Assembly (NCBI GenBank): GCA_030611505.1
Contig: JAUWPO010000002.1
Location: forward strand, 1 to 45,532
Direction: 5' to 3'
DNA: 45,532 nt
Origin: Chloroflexota bacterium
GTDB lineage: Bacteria > Chloroflexota > Anaerolineae > Anaerolineales > UBA4823
Numbering within the stretch: position 1 is the first letter of the stretch; every line of letters begins with the position of its first letter. A model generated the notes under the pieces. That model searched no databases and was not told the origin of the DNA. It saw only the letters and a list, made by a program, of their open reading frames with translations. Shown here in pieces: positions 25,680 to 34,811 of this stretch. Position numbers and translations under genes: made by a program.

Positions 25680-26831
25680 ATGTCTATGACTAGTAAAATG
25701 AATTCGCTTCGTCGTTTGTTCACGCCAATAAAACCAATCCCTTCTGGAATCTATCATTATATATCCCCTCCAGATGATCCGCGCAATTACCGCATGCACC
25801 TGCGACTCGAACCGGAAGGAAATGGTGTTCTGATCATCAACGCCAGCACTATACTCCACTTGAATCAGACTGCTGCCGAATATGCTTACTACCTGGTAAA
25901 AAATGAACCCGTCGAACAAGCTGCTCACAAAATGGTTGAACGTTATCATGTCGACCTAGAACAGGCAATTAATGATTACCAGGAGTTTGTAGATCGAATA
26001 CAAACACTTATAAATACTCCAGACCTCGATCCGGTCACTTTCCTGGATTTAGATCGTATCCGTCCTTTCACCGGACATATAACAGCACCTTATCGCCTTG
26101 ATTGCGCACTGACTTACCGTATACCCGAAAGGACAACAGAAACTGCTCTTATTAAACGTGTGGATAGGGAGCTAGACACGATTGAATGGAAATCTGTATT
26201 TGATAAAGCATGGTCAGCCGGCATCCCACATATTATCTTCACCGGTGGAGAACCGACTTTGCGCGATGATTTGCCTGAGCTCATCGCTCACGCCGAATCC
26301 AACGATCAGGTGACTGGTCTGATCAGCGATGGGCTGCGTCTATCTGAACGTGATTACCTGGATTCGCTGCTCCAAACTGGTTTGGATCATTTAATGATCA
26401 TCTTCCAACCAGATAATGAAGCCGCCTGGGATGCTTTGGAAAATTCCCTTGTGGAAGATTTATTTGTAGCAGTCCATCTTACTCTCGATGATAAAAACAA
26501 AGACGAGCTGGCTGGTTTGATTGATCAACTGGCTGAAAGGGGTGTAAAAGCCATATCGCTGAGCGCCCATGATCAAAGCTTGTATGGTGTTTTGGAAAAG
26601 CTTCGTAGTCAGGTTGCCGATTTAACACTTGAACTTGTATGGAACTTACCAGTACCTTATTCTACGTTCAATCCGGTCGATCTAGAAACTGAACTAATAG
26701 AACAGATTGAAGGCGAAGGTAGAGCCTGGTTGTATGTCGAACCTGATGGTGATGTTCTTCCCGCCCAAGGGGTAAACCGTGTCCTGGGCAACATTCTCAG
26801 CGATAATTGGGATCATATCTGGAAAGGGTGA
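25680..26831 (+). CDS. Cysteine-less paralog of the adjacent radical SAM enzyme (predicted unable to bind Fe-S clusters)
   Basis: 383 aa, alignable along its length with 24259-25614 (same N-terminal domain, APYRLD.ALTYR, FTGGEPTLRDDL, GLDH, EPDGDVLP). IPERTTET replaces CNNDCPHC. LPAQ replaces LPCQ. It ends before the CX2CX5CX3C block and has only one Cys in total. Confidence 0.75.
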   Translation: MSMTSKMNSLRRLFTPIKPIPSGIYHYISPPDDPRNYRMHLRLEPEGNGVLIINASTILHLNQTAAEYAYYLVKNEPVEQAAHKMVERYHVDLEQAINDYQEFVDRIQTLINTPDLDPVTFLDLDRIRPFTGHITAPYRLDCALTYRIPERTTETALIKRVDRELDTIEWKSVFDKAWSAGIPHIIFTGGEPTLRDDLPELIAHAESNDQVTGLISDGLRLSERDYLDSLLQTGLDHLMIIFQPDNEAAWDALENSLVEDLFVAVHLTLDDKNKDELAGLIDQLAERGVKAISLSAHDQSLYGVLEKLRSQVADLTLELVWNLPVPYSTFNPVDLETELIEQIEGEGRAWLYVEPDGDVLPAQGVNRVLGNILSDNWDHIWKG

Positions 26832-27633
26832 CCCTGCCTTGCCGCTTTCCCCTCTAGAATGGCACAATCGTTTTGTCCTGCAAGCGCGTTGGACGAGGAA
26901 AATCCGCACCTATATATTTAAACGAGCGAGAGTATTGCACAATAACCGCATACTAGAGATTGGCTGCGGCACAGGTGCAATTATTAATGAAACAATTCCT
27001 ATGATTGGGGGATATAACAATCAAAACATTGGCAAAGATAGCTATGCGCATATCTTTGGTCTTGATTTGAATATTAATTATCTTTTACTGGCTTCGAACC
27101 TTGTCCCCGTGGCTAAACTCACTCAAGGTGATGCTCACACCCTTCCCTATCCTCGTGATTGTTTTGACCTCACCATCTGCCACTTCTTACTGCTTTGGGT
27201 AACGCACCCAGAAGTCGTTGTCACCGAAATGGCGCGCGTTACCGCGCCTGGTGGCGCTGTTTTCATTTTAGCAGAACCGGATTACGGGGGACGGATCGAT
27301 TACCCGCTGGAATTAGGACAGCTCGGAATTTGGCAGCATGAAGCGCTGAAAAGTCAGGGAGCTGAGCCTAATTTGGGTCGCCAATTAGCATCTATCCTAA
27401 ATAAAGCTGGACTAAAAAATATTGAAGTAGGTGTTCTCGGGGGGCAGTGGAAAGGTAAACCAGAAAAAGATGAGTTGGAATCTGAATGGATGGTACTGCT
27501 TTCGGATCTGCAGAATTATGTTCCCCTGGAAAGGCTTGAACAACTGCAAAAAATTGATGCTAACGCTTGGAAAAGAGGTGAGCGCATTTTATACGTCCCC
27601 ACTTTTTACGGGTGGGGGCGTGTTCCTGAGTGA
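26779..27633 (+). CDS. Class I SAM-dependent methyltransferase
   Basis: GTG 26779 lies 6 nt after AAGGGG. Motif I ILEIGCGTGAIINE, motif post-I FGLDLN, CFDLTICHFLL. Overlaps the upstream gene by 53 nt. Confidence 0.8.
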   Translation: MSWATFSAIIGIISGKGDPALPLSPLEWHNRFVLQARWTRKIRTYIFKRARVLHNNRILEIGCGTGAIINETIPMIGGYNNQNIGKDSYAHIFGLDLNINYLLLASNLVPVAKLTQGDAHTLPYPRDCFDLTICHFLLLWVTHPEVVVTEMARVTAPGGAVFILAEPDYGGRIDYPLELGQLGIWQHEALKSQGAEPNLGRQLASILNKAGLKNIEVGVLGGQWKGKPEKDELESEWMVLLSDLQNYVPLERLEQLQKIDANAWKRGERILYVPTFYGWGRVPE

Positions 27634-27635
27634 AA

Positions 27636-27986
27636 TTAATCCCCAATAGGAAAACCTACTTCAACCCGGTTATCCACAACTCGTGTTGGATAAGCTGGAA
27701 TGTCGACAATCGCTGGCAGCGAGAGCGCTTTTCCTGAACTGATTTCAAACCGCGCCCCATGGCGTGGACAGATGATCTTATCACCATCTAACTCACCATC
27801 CCCCAATGGTCCATCATCATGACTGCATAAATCGGCAATCGCAAATAACCTTCCAGCAACGTTAAAAAGGACAATTGCCAACTCATCTACTTCAATATAT
27901 AAACGATCACCTTCAACGATCTCGTCAACGGATGCAACAGGAACAAATTCGCATTCTTTTGGATTGATCTTGGTATAGTCGTACAT
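27636..27986 (-). CDS. Rieske [2Fe-2S] ferredoxin-like protein of the suf operon
   Basis: 116 aa with CSHDDGPL and CPRHGARF Rieske motifs. Confidence 0.85.
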   Translation of the reverse strand: MYDYTKINPKECEFVPVASVDEIVEGDRLYIEVDELAIVLFNVAGRLFAIADLCSHDDGPLGDGELDGDKIICPRHGARFEISSGKALSLPAIVDIPAYPTRVVDNRVEVGFPIGD

Positions 27987-28033
27987 TTCACATCCTTTCG
28001 GAAAAACCCCCTCTTCTGCGGGAGTTCAGCGCC

Positions 28034-28429
28034 TCATTCTACAAGATCATCGCTTGCTTCACCCAGCCCGTATACACCCGCTTTAAGAACCTTAAGCGAA
28101 AGAAGCGCACATTTTAAGCGTACCGGACCTAATTCAATACCTAACATCTCCAGGATATCTTCTTTTGTCAAGGCTTTCACCTCGTCGATTGTTTTCCCTT
28201 GGATTGATTCCATCAAAAGGTCAGCAGAAGCCAGCGAAATTGCACAGCCATGACCATCAAATACAGCTTCGTTTACCCGCCCATCTTCGCCTACACGGAG
28301 ATCAATGCGGATGTGATCCCCGCATAACGGATTATCGTCCTCAAATGATATATCGTGAGGATCTAAAGTGCCTTGATTAAGCGGGTTTTTATAACGATCA
28401 ATTATGATTTCTCTGTAAAAATCGTCCAT
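28034..28429 (-). CDS. sufU: SUF-type Fe-S scaffold / sulfur acceptor (NifU N-terminal family)
   Basis: 131 aa. YREIIIDRYKNPLNQG, NPLCGD and GHGCAIS motifs. Confidence 0.85.
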   Translation of the reverse strand: MDDFYREIIIDRYKNPLNQGTLDPHDISFEDDNPLCGDHIRIDLRVGEDGRVNEAVFDGHGCAISLASADLLMESIQGKTIDEVKALTKEDILEMLGIELGPVRLKCALLSLKVLKAGVYGLGEASDDLVE

Positions 28430-28486
28430 ATTGCTCTGGAATTATCCTTTCAGGTTGATGCATGGCTTGAACTTAATTCTAAACAA

Positions 28487-29740
28487 CTATAGCCCAAATA
28501 TTTCTAAAACCGAATAAAGGGATTTCACTAAATGATCGACTTCTTCACGTGTATTGTAGAGATAGAAACTTGCGCGGGCTGTTGCCGGCAGGTTGAACTT
28601 TTCGTGTAGCGGCATCGCGCAGTGATGACCAGCACGTATGGCAATCCCCTCTCCGTCAAGGATTTGAGATATATCATGTGGATGTATGCCTTTCATTGAG
28701 AAGGAGAATATAGCTCCTTTTCGATCCGCCTCGGGACCAAAAACACTAACGCCGGGAACTTCTTCTAAACGCTCCAACGCATAGGATGCGATCTCATGTT
28801 CGTGATTCAAAATTTTTTCCATCCCAATTGAGTCTAGGTATTTCACAGCTGATCCGAGACCAATAGCCTCGGCTATGGCCGGAGTACCCGCTTCAAATTT
28901 ATAAGGGATTTCGTTCGTTACGAAAGATCGCAATTCCACGCGTTTTATCATATCGCCGCCGCCCAAGAAAGGTGGCATCGATTCCAAAAATTCTTTTCGT
29001 CCGTACAGTACCCCAATCCCGCTTGGTCCACACATCTTGTGACCAGAGAATGCCAGGAAATCCGTATCCAAATCCTGGACGTTGACGGGCAAATGCGGAA
29101 CTGATTGCGCACCATCAACCACCGTTAATGCACCAGCCTGGTGAGCAAGCCGGATGATTCCTTTTGCTGGGTTGATAGTTCCGAGCACGTTTGACATGTG
29201 AGTGAACCCAACCAACCGGGGTTTCAGTTCAAGCAGCTCCTCAAAAACCTCTAGATCCAGCAACCCATCAGGAGTAACGGGGATAAATTCGAGGCGCAAA
29301 TCCCTCTCCGACGCTAGAATTTGCCACGGTACGAGGTTGGAATGGTGCTCCATTTCAGTCAATATAATCAGATCACCCGGATATAAATTTGCTCTACCCC
29401 AGGAAAATGCCACCAGGTTTATTGATTCGGTCGCGTTCCGTGTAAAAATAATTTGTTTCGGGGACGGTGCTCCGATAAATTCGGCAATTCTTCCTCGAGC
29501 TTCCTCATATTTCGCGGTTGCTTCCTCAGCAATAGTATGGATTCCTCGGTGAATATTCGAATTATATTGACGATAGAAATCGTCCATCGCCTCAATAACA
29601 GCAAAAGGTTTCTGACTGGTGGCCGCGTTATCCAAATAGACTAATGGTACGCCGGGCTTCACTTGCCTGCTCAGAATCGGAAAATCAGCCCGGATTCGGG
29701 TCGTATCTAAACTTCCTTGATGGATTGTATTCAATACCAT
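28487..29740 (-). CDS. sufS: Cysteine desulfurase, SufS type
   Basis: 417 aa. PLP lysine in FSGHKMCGPSGIG and catalytic Cys in RAGHHCAMP. Confidence 0.9.
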   Translation of the reverse strand: MVLNTIHQGSLDTTRIRADFPILSRQVKPGVPLVYLDNAATSQKPFAVIEAMDDFYRQYNSNIHRGIHTIAEEATAKYEEARGRIAEFIGAPSPKQIIFTRNATESINLVAFSWGRANLYPGDLIILTEMEHHSNLVPWQILASERDLRLEFIPVTPDGLLDLEVFEELLELKPRLVGFTHMSNVLGTINPAKGIIRLAHQAGALTVVDGAQSVPHLPVNVQDLDTDFLAFSGHKMCGPSGIGVLYGRKEFLESMPPFLGGGDMIKRVELRSFVTNEIPYKFEAGTPAIAEAIGLGSAVKYLDSIGMEKILNHEHEIASYALERLEEVPGVSVFGPEADRKGAIFSFSMKGIHPHDISQILDGEGIAIRAGHHCAMPLHEKFNLPATARASFYLYNTREEVDHLVKSLYSVLEIFGL

Positions 29741-29776
29741 TTCAATACTCAGAATCGAGGAGCCATATTTTTTATA

Positions 29777-30133
29777 TTAGTTGGTCTTTGCTGAACGAGA
29801 TCGAGAACTACGCCGGCGACGTATTGGACGGCGCAATTTCTGTGAGTCCTTAGGACACCACAATACACGATCAGGTATCATCCAACCATCCGTTAGATAT
29901 ACGTTTTCTCGAAATTGGACAGCGATTATTTTTAGATCCACCTGTACGACGGTACCTTCCAGCCAGTCACGCACCCTATCTCCGTTCTTTTCGTGATCAC
30001 AGAACACTTCCACTCGATCACCAACCTTGTACGGTTCATCAAGATTGGGATCGTTTGTAAAATATAATCCTGACAAGATTGTCTCCTTATTATAAATTTC
30101 AAAAAAGCCAAAGGCGAGGAGTTCTCTCACCAC
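29777..30133 (-). CDS. Hypothetical small protein with an Arg/Ser-rich C-terminal tail
   Basis: 118-aa ORF (GTG start, uncertain) between sufD and sufS. The core YKVGDRVEVF...WLEGTVVQV looks SH3/Tudor-like. Tail RRPIRRRRSSRSRSAKTN. Confidence 0.4.
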   Translation of the reverse strand: MVRELLAFGFFEIYNKETILSGLYFTNDPNLDEPYKVGDRVEVFCDHEKNGDRVRDWLEGTVVQVDLKIIAVQFRENVYLTDGWMIPDRVLWCPKDSQKLRRPIRRRRSSRSRSAKTN

Positions 30134-30287
30134 CTCACCGAGATTTCAGGTTAACCCTCCTTTCTCATATGGCCCACAATTTAATATTCTTTTTTGACAA
30201 GACTTCCTTGGGAAATCCTGACGTTTTTCATTATTTATAAATACGGGTATTCTAGAATTCCTCAAACCATAATTTTAACATCTATTA

Positions 30288-31649
30288 TTACCCCATTTTT
30301 TTAAGAATCTCATCTTGAAAACGGGTCCGGACACCCCCAAAAGGAATGCGTTGCATTATGGGGTCAAAAAAGCCTTCGACAATCAGACGCTCGGCATCCT
30401 TATACGGAATTCCGCGGCTTCTCAAGTAGAAGACCTGATCCGGGTCTATTTTACCAATCGTTGCGCCGTGTGTACAGCGTACATCATCAGCCAATATCTC
30501 TAATCCTGGGATTGAATCAGCACGCGCATTTGAATCTAGTATTAGGTTTCGATTTGCCTGATATCCGTCTGTCTTCTGAGCTCCCGGTGCGACATAGATC
30601 ATACCCTGCCAAACTGAACGGCTGTGTTCGCGAAGCGCTCCTTTAAAAAGCAAATCGCTCATCGTGTTAGGAGCTAGATGGTTTTGCTGGGTATCGTGAT
30701 CGAAATGTTGAACGCCGTCTGTAAAATAAAAGCCGGACATACGTCCAGTTGCTCCCTGACCGATGAGATCAATGTTAGAAAAATTTTTGGTAACATGGCT
30801 TCCTATCGCCCCAAAAATCCAATCCAAATTAGCATCTCGATCTATTCGAGCACGTTCATGACTGAAATTCCACACGTGCTCACCCCATGATTGCAGCTCT
30901 ACAAAACGTAAATTTGCGCCTTGACCCACATAGATTTCTACAAGTCCCGCATGCAATGCTTGTCCATCTTGTTCGTTTGGTGAAGCGGCTTCGTGCAAAT
31001 AAGTTACGGAAGATCCCTCTTCCAACCATACCAGGATGTGAGAGAAAAAAGCCAAGTCCTTACCTGGAGCCCATATTACGCTATGTAAAGGGAGTTCTAC
31101 ATGTATACCTTGGGGGACATATAGGAAAACACCTTTTTGTGACATTGCTGCTGCCAGGGCAGCAAATTTCCCTTCATCCGATTTCACAATCTTACCCATG
31201 ATCAGGGAAAGGAGATCTGGGTGCTGGCGCTCTGCAGTGATTAAATCCGTAAAGATCACACCTTTAGCGGAGATAGTAGAGCTCAGCTCAACTTGTACCT
31301 CCTCATTTGTGAAAACAATCTGACCGCCATGAATATCTCCAACAAGAGGTTCTATTAATTCAGCATCAATGGGAAAAAGCGATTCGGTAGTTAAGTTCTC
31401 CATTGATACCGGAAAAAATTCATCAACCGGCAATCTGCGCAGGTTCGTACGCCGCCACGCTTCCTCGCTGGTTGTCGGAATGGGCAACTTTTCAAATTCG
31501 TCCCAAGCTAGTGAGCGGTATTCCTTTATGAATTCTGGGACATTTCCATTACCAGAGATAGCCTCAACCATCTCACGTGAAAATAAAAAACTTTTCTTCT
31601 GGCGTTTATCAACACGCCGGGCACGTTTTGATACAGTTCGGGTGGACAT
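30288..31649 (-). CDS. sufD: Fe-S cluster assembly protein SufD
   Basis: 453 aa. C-terminal beta-helix region and the FYLRSRGI..AERLIVEGF motif shared with SufB. Position after sufB. Confidence 0.85.
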   Translation of the reverse strand: MSTRTVSKRARRVDKRQKKSFLFSREMVEAISGNGNVPEFIKEYRSLAWDEFEKLPIPTTSEEAWRRTNLRRLPVDEFFPVSMENLTTESLFPIDAELIEPLVGDIHGGQIVFTNEEVQVELSSTISAKGVIFTDLITAERQHPDLLSLIMGKIVKSDEGKFAALAAAMSQKGVFLYVPQGIHVELPLHSVIWAPGKDLAFFSHILVWLEEGSSVTYLHEAASPNEQDGQALHAGLVEIYVGQGANLRFVELQSWGEHVWNFSHERARIDRDANLDWIFGAIGSHVTKNFSNIDLIGQGATGRMSGFYFTDGVQHFDHDTQQNHLAPNTMSDLLFKGALREHSRSVWQGMIYVAPGAQKTDGYQANRNLILDSNARADSIPGLEILADDVRCTHGATIGKIDPDQVFYLRSRGIPYKDAERLIVEGFFDPIMQRIPFGGVRTRFQDEILKKMG

Positions 31650-31650
31650 A

Positions 31651-33054
31651 TTATCCTATAGAACCTTCCATCTGTATTTGAATCAAGCGATTCATTTCAA
31701 TTGCATATTCCATTGGTAATTCTTTAACCAGTGGTTCAATAAAACCGGAAACGACCATCGTAGTTGCTTCTTCCTCGCTGAGTCCGCGGCTCATCAAATA
31801 GAAGAGTTGTTCTTCTCCAACTTTAGAGACAGAAGCTTCATGACCTATTGTGACATCATCCTCGTCAATCTCAATATATGGATATGTATCCGAACGAGAT
31901 GTGTCATCCAGAAGCAGTGCATCACAAACAACATTCGAACGCACATCTTTCGCGCCCTTATATACTTTCAATAAACCTCGATAGGATGATCGTCCGGAAC
32001 CTTTGCTAATTGATTTCGACGTAACCTTACTGCTGGTATGTGGAGCTACGTGAATAACCTTTCCTCCGGCATCCTGATGCTGCCCTTCTCCAGCGAATGC
32101 CATAGAAAGAATTTCGCCATGGGCGCCAGGACCAATCAAGTAGCAAGACGGGTATTTCATAGTCAGCTTTGAACCCAGGTTGGCGTCTACCCACTCCATT
32201 GTAGCACCTTCATGTACTAAGGCACGCTGGGTTACAAGGTTGTACACATTTGTAGACCAGTTTTGAATGGTCGTATAGCGAACTCGGGCTCCTTTTTTGA
32301 CGACAATCTCAATGACGCCGCTATGAAGCGAATCGCTTGAATAAGTTGGCGCCGTACATCCTTCGACATAATGCACTTGCGATCCTTCATCGGCGATGAT
32401 CATAGTTCTTTCAAATTGACCGATATTAGCTACATTCAAGCGGAAATACGCCTGAAGCGGTAGATTGACAGTAACACCTTTGGGAATGTATACAAATGAT
32501 CCACCCGACCAGACAGCACTATTAAGGGCTGCAAATTTATTGTCCTCTATGGGGATAACTGTACTGAAATATTCCCGAAACAAATCAGGGTGCTCTCGCA
32601 ATCCATCTTCAATACTCAGGAATATCACTCCTTGTTCTTCGAGGTGTTCCTGAATCTGATGATAGACCATCTCCGATTCATATTGTGCACCTACTCCAGC
32701 GAGAAATTTTTGCTCAGCTTCTGGGATTCCAAGTTTTTCAAATGTATTCTTGATGGTTTCTGGAACATCGTCCCAACTTTTGCTCTCAGCTTCCGCTGGT
32801 TTGACATAATAGTAAATATTATCCAGGTCTAACTCAGATAAGTCCCCCCCCCAGGTGGGCATCGGGCGTTTTTGAAAATGCTCAAAAGCTTTTAAGCGGA
32901 AATCCAACATCCATTCGGGTTCGCCCTTCATCGCAGATATTTGTTCAACAATTTCGCGATCTAATCCTATTCGGGATTTAAACACGTAAGTCTCAGGATC
33001 TTTGAAACCAAACTGATAATCTCCAATATCTTTTAGTATCTGGGTATCACTCAT
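31651..33054 (-). CDS. sufB: Fe-S cluster assembly protein SufB
   Basis: 467 aa. [19 protein letters not shown] and [13 protein letters not shown] motifs. Confidence 0.9.
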   Translation of the reverse strand: MSDTQILKDIGDYQFGFKDPETYVFKSRIGLDREIVEQISAMKGEPEWMLDFRLKAFEHFQKRPMPTWGGDLSELDLDNIYYYVKPAEAESKSWDDVPETIKNTFEKLGIPEAEQKFLAGVGAQYESEMVYHQIQEHLEEQGVIFLSIEDGLREHPDLFREYFSTVIPIEDNKFAALNSAVWSGGSFVYIPKGVTVNLPLQAYFRLNVANIGQFERTMIIADEGSQVHYVEGCTAPTYSSDSLHSGVIEIVVKKGARVRYTTIQNWSTNVYNLVTQRALVHEGATMEWVDANLGSKLTMKYPSCYLIGPGAHGEILSMAFAGEGQHQDAGGKVIHVAPHTSSKVTSKSISKGSGRSSYRGLLKVYKGAKDVRSNVVCDALLLDDTSRSDTYPYIEIDEDDVTIGHEASVSKVGEEQLFYLMSRGLSEEEATTMVVSGFIEPLVKELPMEYAIEMNRLIQIQMEGSIG

Positions 33055-33111
33055 AAGAACCTCTAAGGCAATCCTTGACTTTGGTGGTAATGTAACGATA
33101 AGATACTCCGG

Positions 33112-33891
33112 TCATGCTGCAGCGGAACGTTTCCTTTTACGAAGCCAATCATAACCATGCTCTTCCAGGTGAAGCGCTAAGTCTGGGCCACCAGTTTCAA
33201 CTATCTGTCCATCCAGCATGATATGTACATAATCAGGTTTGATATAGTTCAATATCCTCTGATAATGAGTGATCACCAATATACCCAGATCAGGACCTCG
33301 CAATGAATTCACGCCTTCAGCAACAATTCGCAAAGCGTCGATGTCTAAACCAGAATCAGTTTCATCCATCAGACCGATTTCTGGTTGAAGAGCCGCCATT
33401 TGTAATACTTCAGCACGTTTCTTCTCCCCTCCCGAGAATCCTTCATTAAGATAGCGTCCGGCGAAAGAGTGATCCATTTGAAAGAAGTCCATGCGTTCCT
33501 TTAGCATACGTCGAAATTCTGGGATTGATATACCCTTATCATCTGGGTCTTTGGCTCTTCTTTGGGCATTAATCGCTGTTCTTAGGAAGTTTGCTACCGA
33601 TACTCCAGGTATGGCTACCGGATATTGAAATGCCAGGAACAACCCTAAGTGTGACCTTTCGTCAGGTTCTAATTCAAGCAAATCTATTCCCTTAAAGCAG
33701 ACCTCTCCTTCAGTAATTTCATATGAAGGATGCCCCATGAGAGCATAAGCAAGGGTTGATTTTCCCGTACCATTTGGTCCCATCAGAGCATGGACTTCGC
33801 CTTGTTTTACAATTAGATTAACCCCCTTGAGAATCTCGTGACCATCAATGCCTACATGCACATTACGAATATCCAGTTCCGACATAAACAA
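33112..33891 (-). CDS. sufC: Fe-S cluster assembly ATPase SufC
   Basis: 259 aa. GPNGTGKST, FSGGEKKR and GLMDETDSGLD motifs. Confidence 0.9.
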   Translation of the reverse strand: MFMSELDIRNVHVGIDGHEILKGVNLIVKQGEVHALMGPNGTGKSTLAYALMGHPSYEITEGEVCFKGIDLLELEPDERSHLGLFLAFQYPVAIPGVSVANFLRTAINAQRRAKDPDDKGISIPEFRRMLKERMDFFQMDHSFAGRYLNEGFSGGEKKRAEVLQMAALQPEIGLMDETDSGLDIDALRIVAEGVNSLRGPDLGILVITHYQRILNYIKPDYVHIMLDGQIVETGGPDLALHLEEHGYDWLRKRKRSAAA

Positions 33892-33943
33892 CTCCTAACA
33901 TAATCTGTTTATTGATTTCAATTCCTTGCATACAAACCCGTGA

Positions 33944-33972
33944 ATTATAGCAATAATTACAATTACTGTCAA
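33944..33972 (-). promoter_or_regulatory. Consensus sigma-70 promoter for sufCBD... (TTGACA-N17-TATAAT on the minus strand)
   Basis: The reverse complement of 33944-33972 reads TTGACAGTAATTGTAATTATTGCTATAAT. It lies about 50 nt upstream of the sufC start. Confidence 0.6.
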
Positions 33973-34059
33973 TATTTAGTATAATTATCTAGTATATTGA
34001 GTTATTATATCAAGATTCTTTGATGAAGTCAATAATTATTAGTATAATATTCTTAAATA

Positions 34060-34088
34060 TTGACAATATATAGCGCGCATAGTATACT
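34060..34088 (+). promoter_or_regulatory. Near-consensus sigma-70 promoter for sufR (TTGACA-N17-TATACT)
   Basis: TTGACA at 34060-34065, a 17-nt spacer, then TATACT at 34083-34088. Confidence 0.55.
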
Positions 34089-34124
34089 CACCATAAATAG
34101 CAAATAAATTTAACATCCAATAGA

Positions 34125-34811
34125 ATGAATTTTAATAAATTTGTTAGATATGCAGGTAATTCAATGATTATTCAAAGAGAAAGTACTCGCGAGCGAGTTT
34201 TAAAGACGCTGCTAACTAAAGAACAATGCACGATTAATGAGCTGGCACAGGCAGTGGATATTAATCCCATATCTGTACGCCATCATATCACTAAGCTTGA
34301 ATCGGAAGGTTTGGTAAATTCCACCGAAGAACGGCACGGTGTTGGAAGGCCGCGCAGGGTTTATTTCCTAACCGAACAAGGTCGCGAACGTTTTCCACAA
34401 CGCTATCTGCGACTAACCCTGCGCCTGTTGGAACAGCTAAAAGAAACCATGCCCCAACAAATGGTGGATGAATTGTTCACCCAGATGGCTCAGGACCTTG
34501 CCAAAGAGTATAAGGACGAGTTAGATGGGCTTGCATTGGAAGAACGCCTTGATCTCGTTGTGGAATTGCTGACTAATGAAGGTTTCACAATCGACTGGGA
34601 ACAACGCGACGATACTTATCAGATACACGAAACAAGCTGCCCCTATTTTCATGTTGGACAAGATCACCCAGAAGTATGCAAAATCGACCAGACCCTGATA
34701 TCCACCATCCTAAATGTCCCGACTCACAAAATAAAATGCAAGCTAAACGGCGATGCACACTGCATTTTTATAGTCCCAAAATTGAATTCAACGGAGAAAC
34801 CAGAAGCATGA
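34125..34811 (+). CDS. sufR: ArsR/DeoR-type wHTH regulator with a C-terminal Cys cluster, SufR-like
   Basis: N-terminal wHTH (CTINELAQAVDINPISVRHHITKLESEGLV). C-terminal cysteines SCPYF...EVCKID...CKLNGDAHC. Divergent from the suf operon, as in cyanobacterial sufR. The start could be ATG 34164. Confidence 0.7.
   Translation: MNFNKFVRYAGNSMIIQRESTRERVLKTLLTKEQCTINELAQAVDINPISVRHHITKLESEGLVNSTEERHGVGRPRRVYFLTEQGRERFPQRYLRLTLRLLEQLKETMPQQMVDELFTQMAQDLAKEYKDELDGLALEERLDLVVELLTNEGFTIDWEQRDDTYQIHETSCPYFHVGQDHPEVCKIDQTLISTILNVPTHKIKCKLNGDAHCIFIVPKLNSTEKPEA

Noticed and set aside
34676-34807. Upstream extension of the DUF59 ORF given in the track.
   Set aside because: It overlaps the sufR 3' end in another frame. 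The ATG at 34808 forms an ATGA overlap with the sufR stop and begins the conserved part of the protein.
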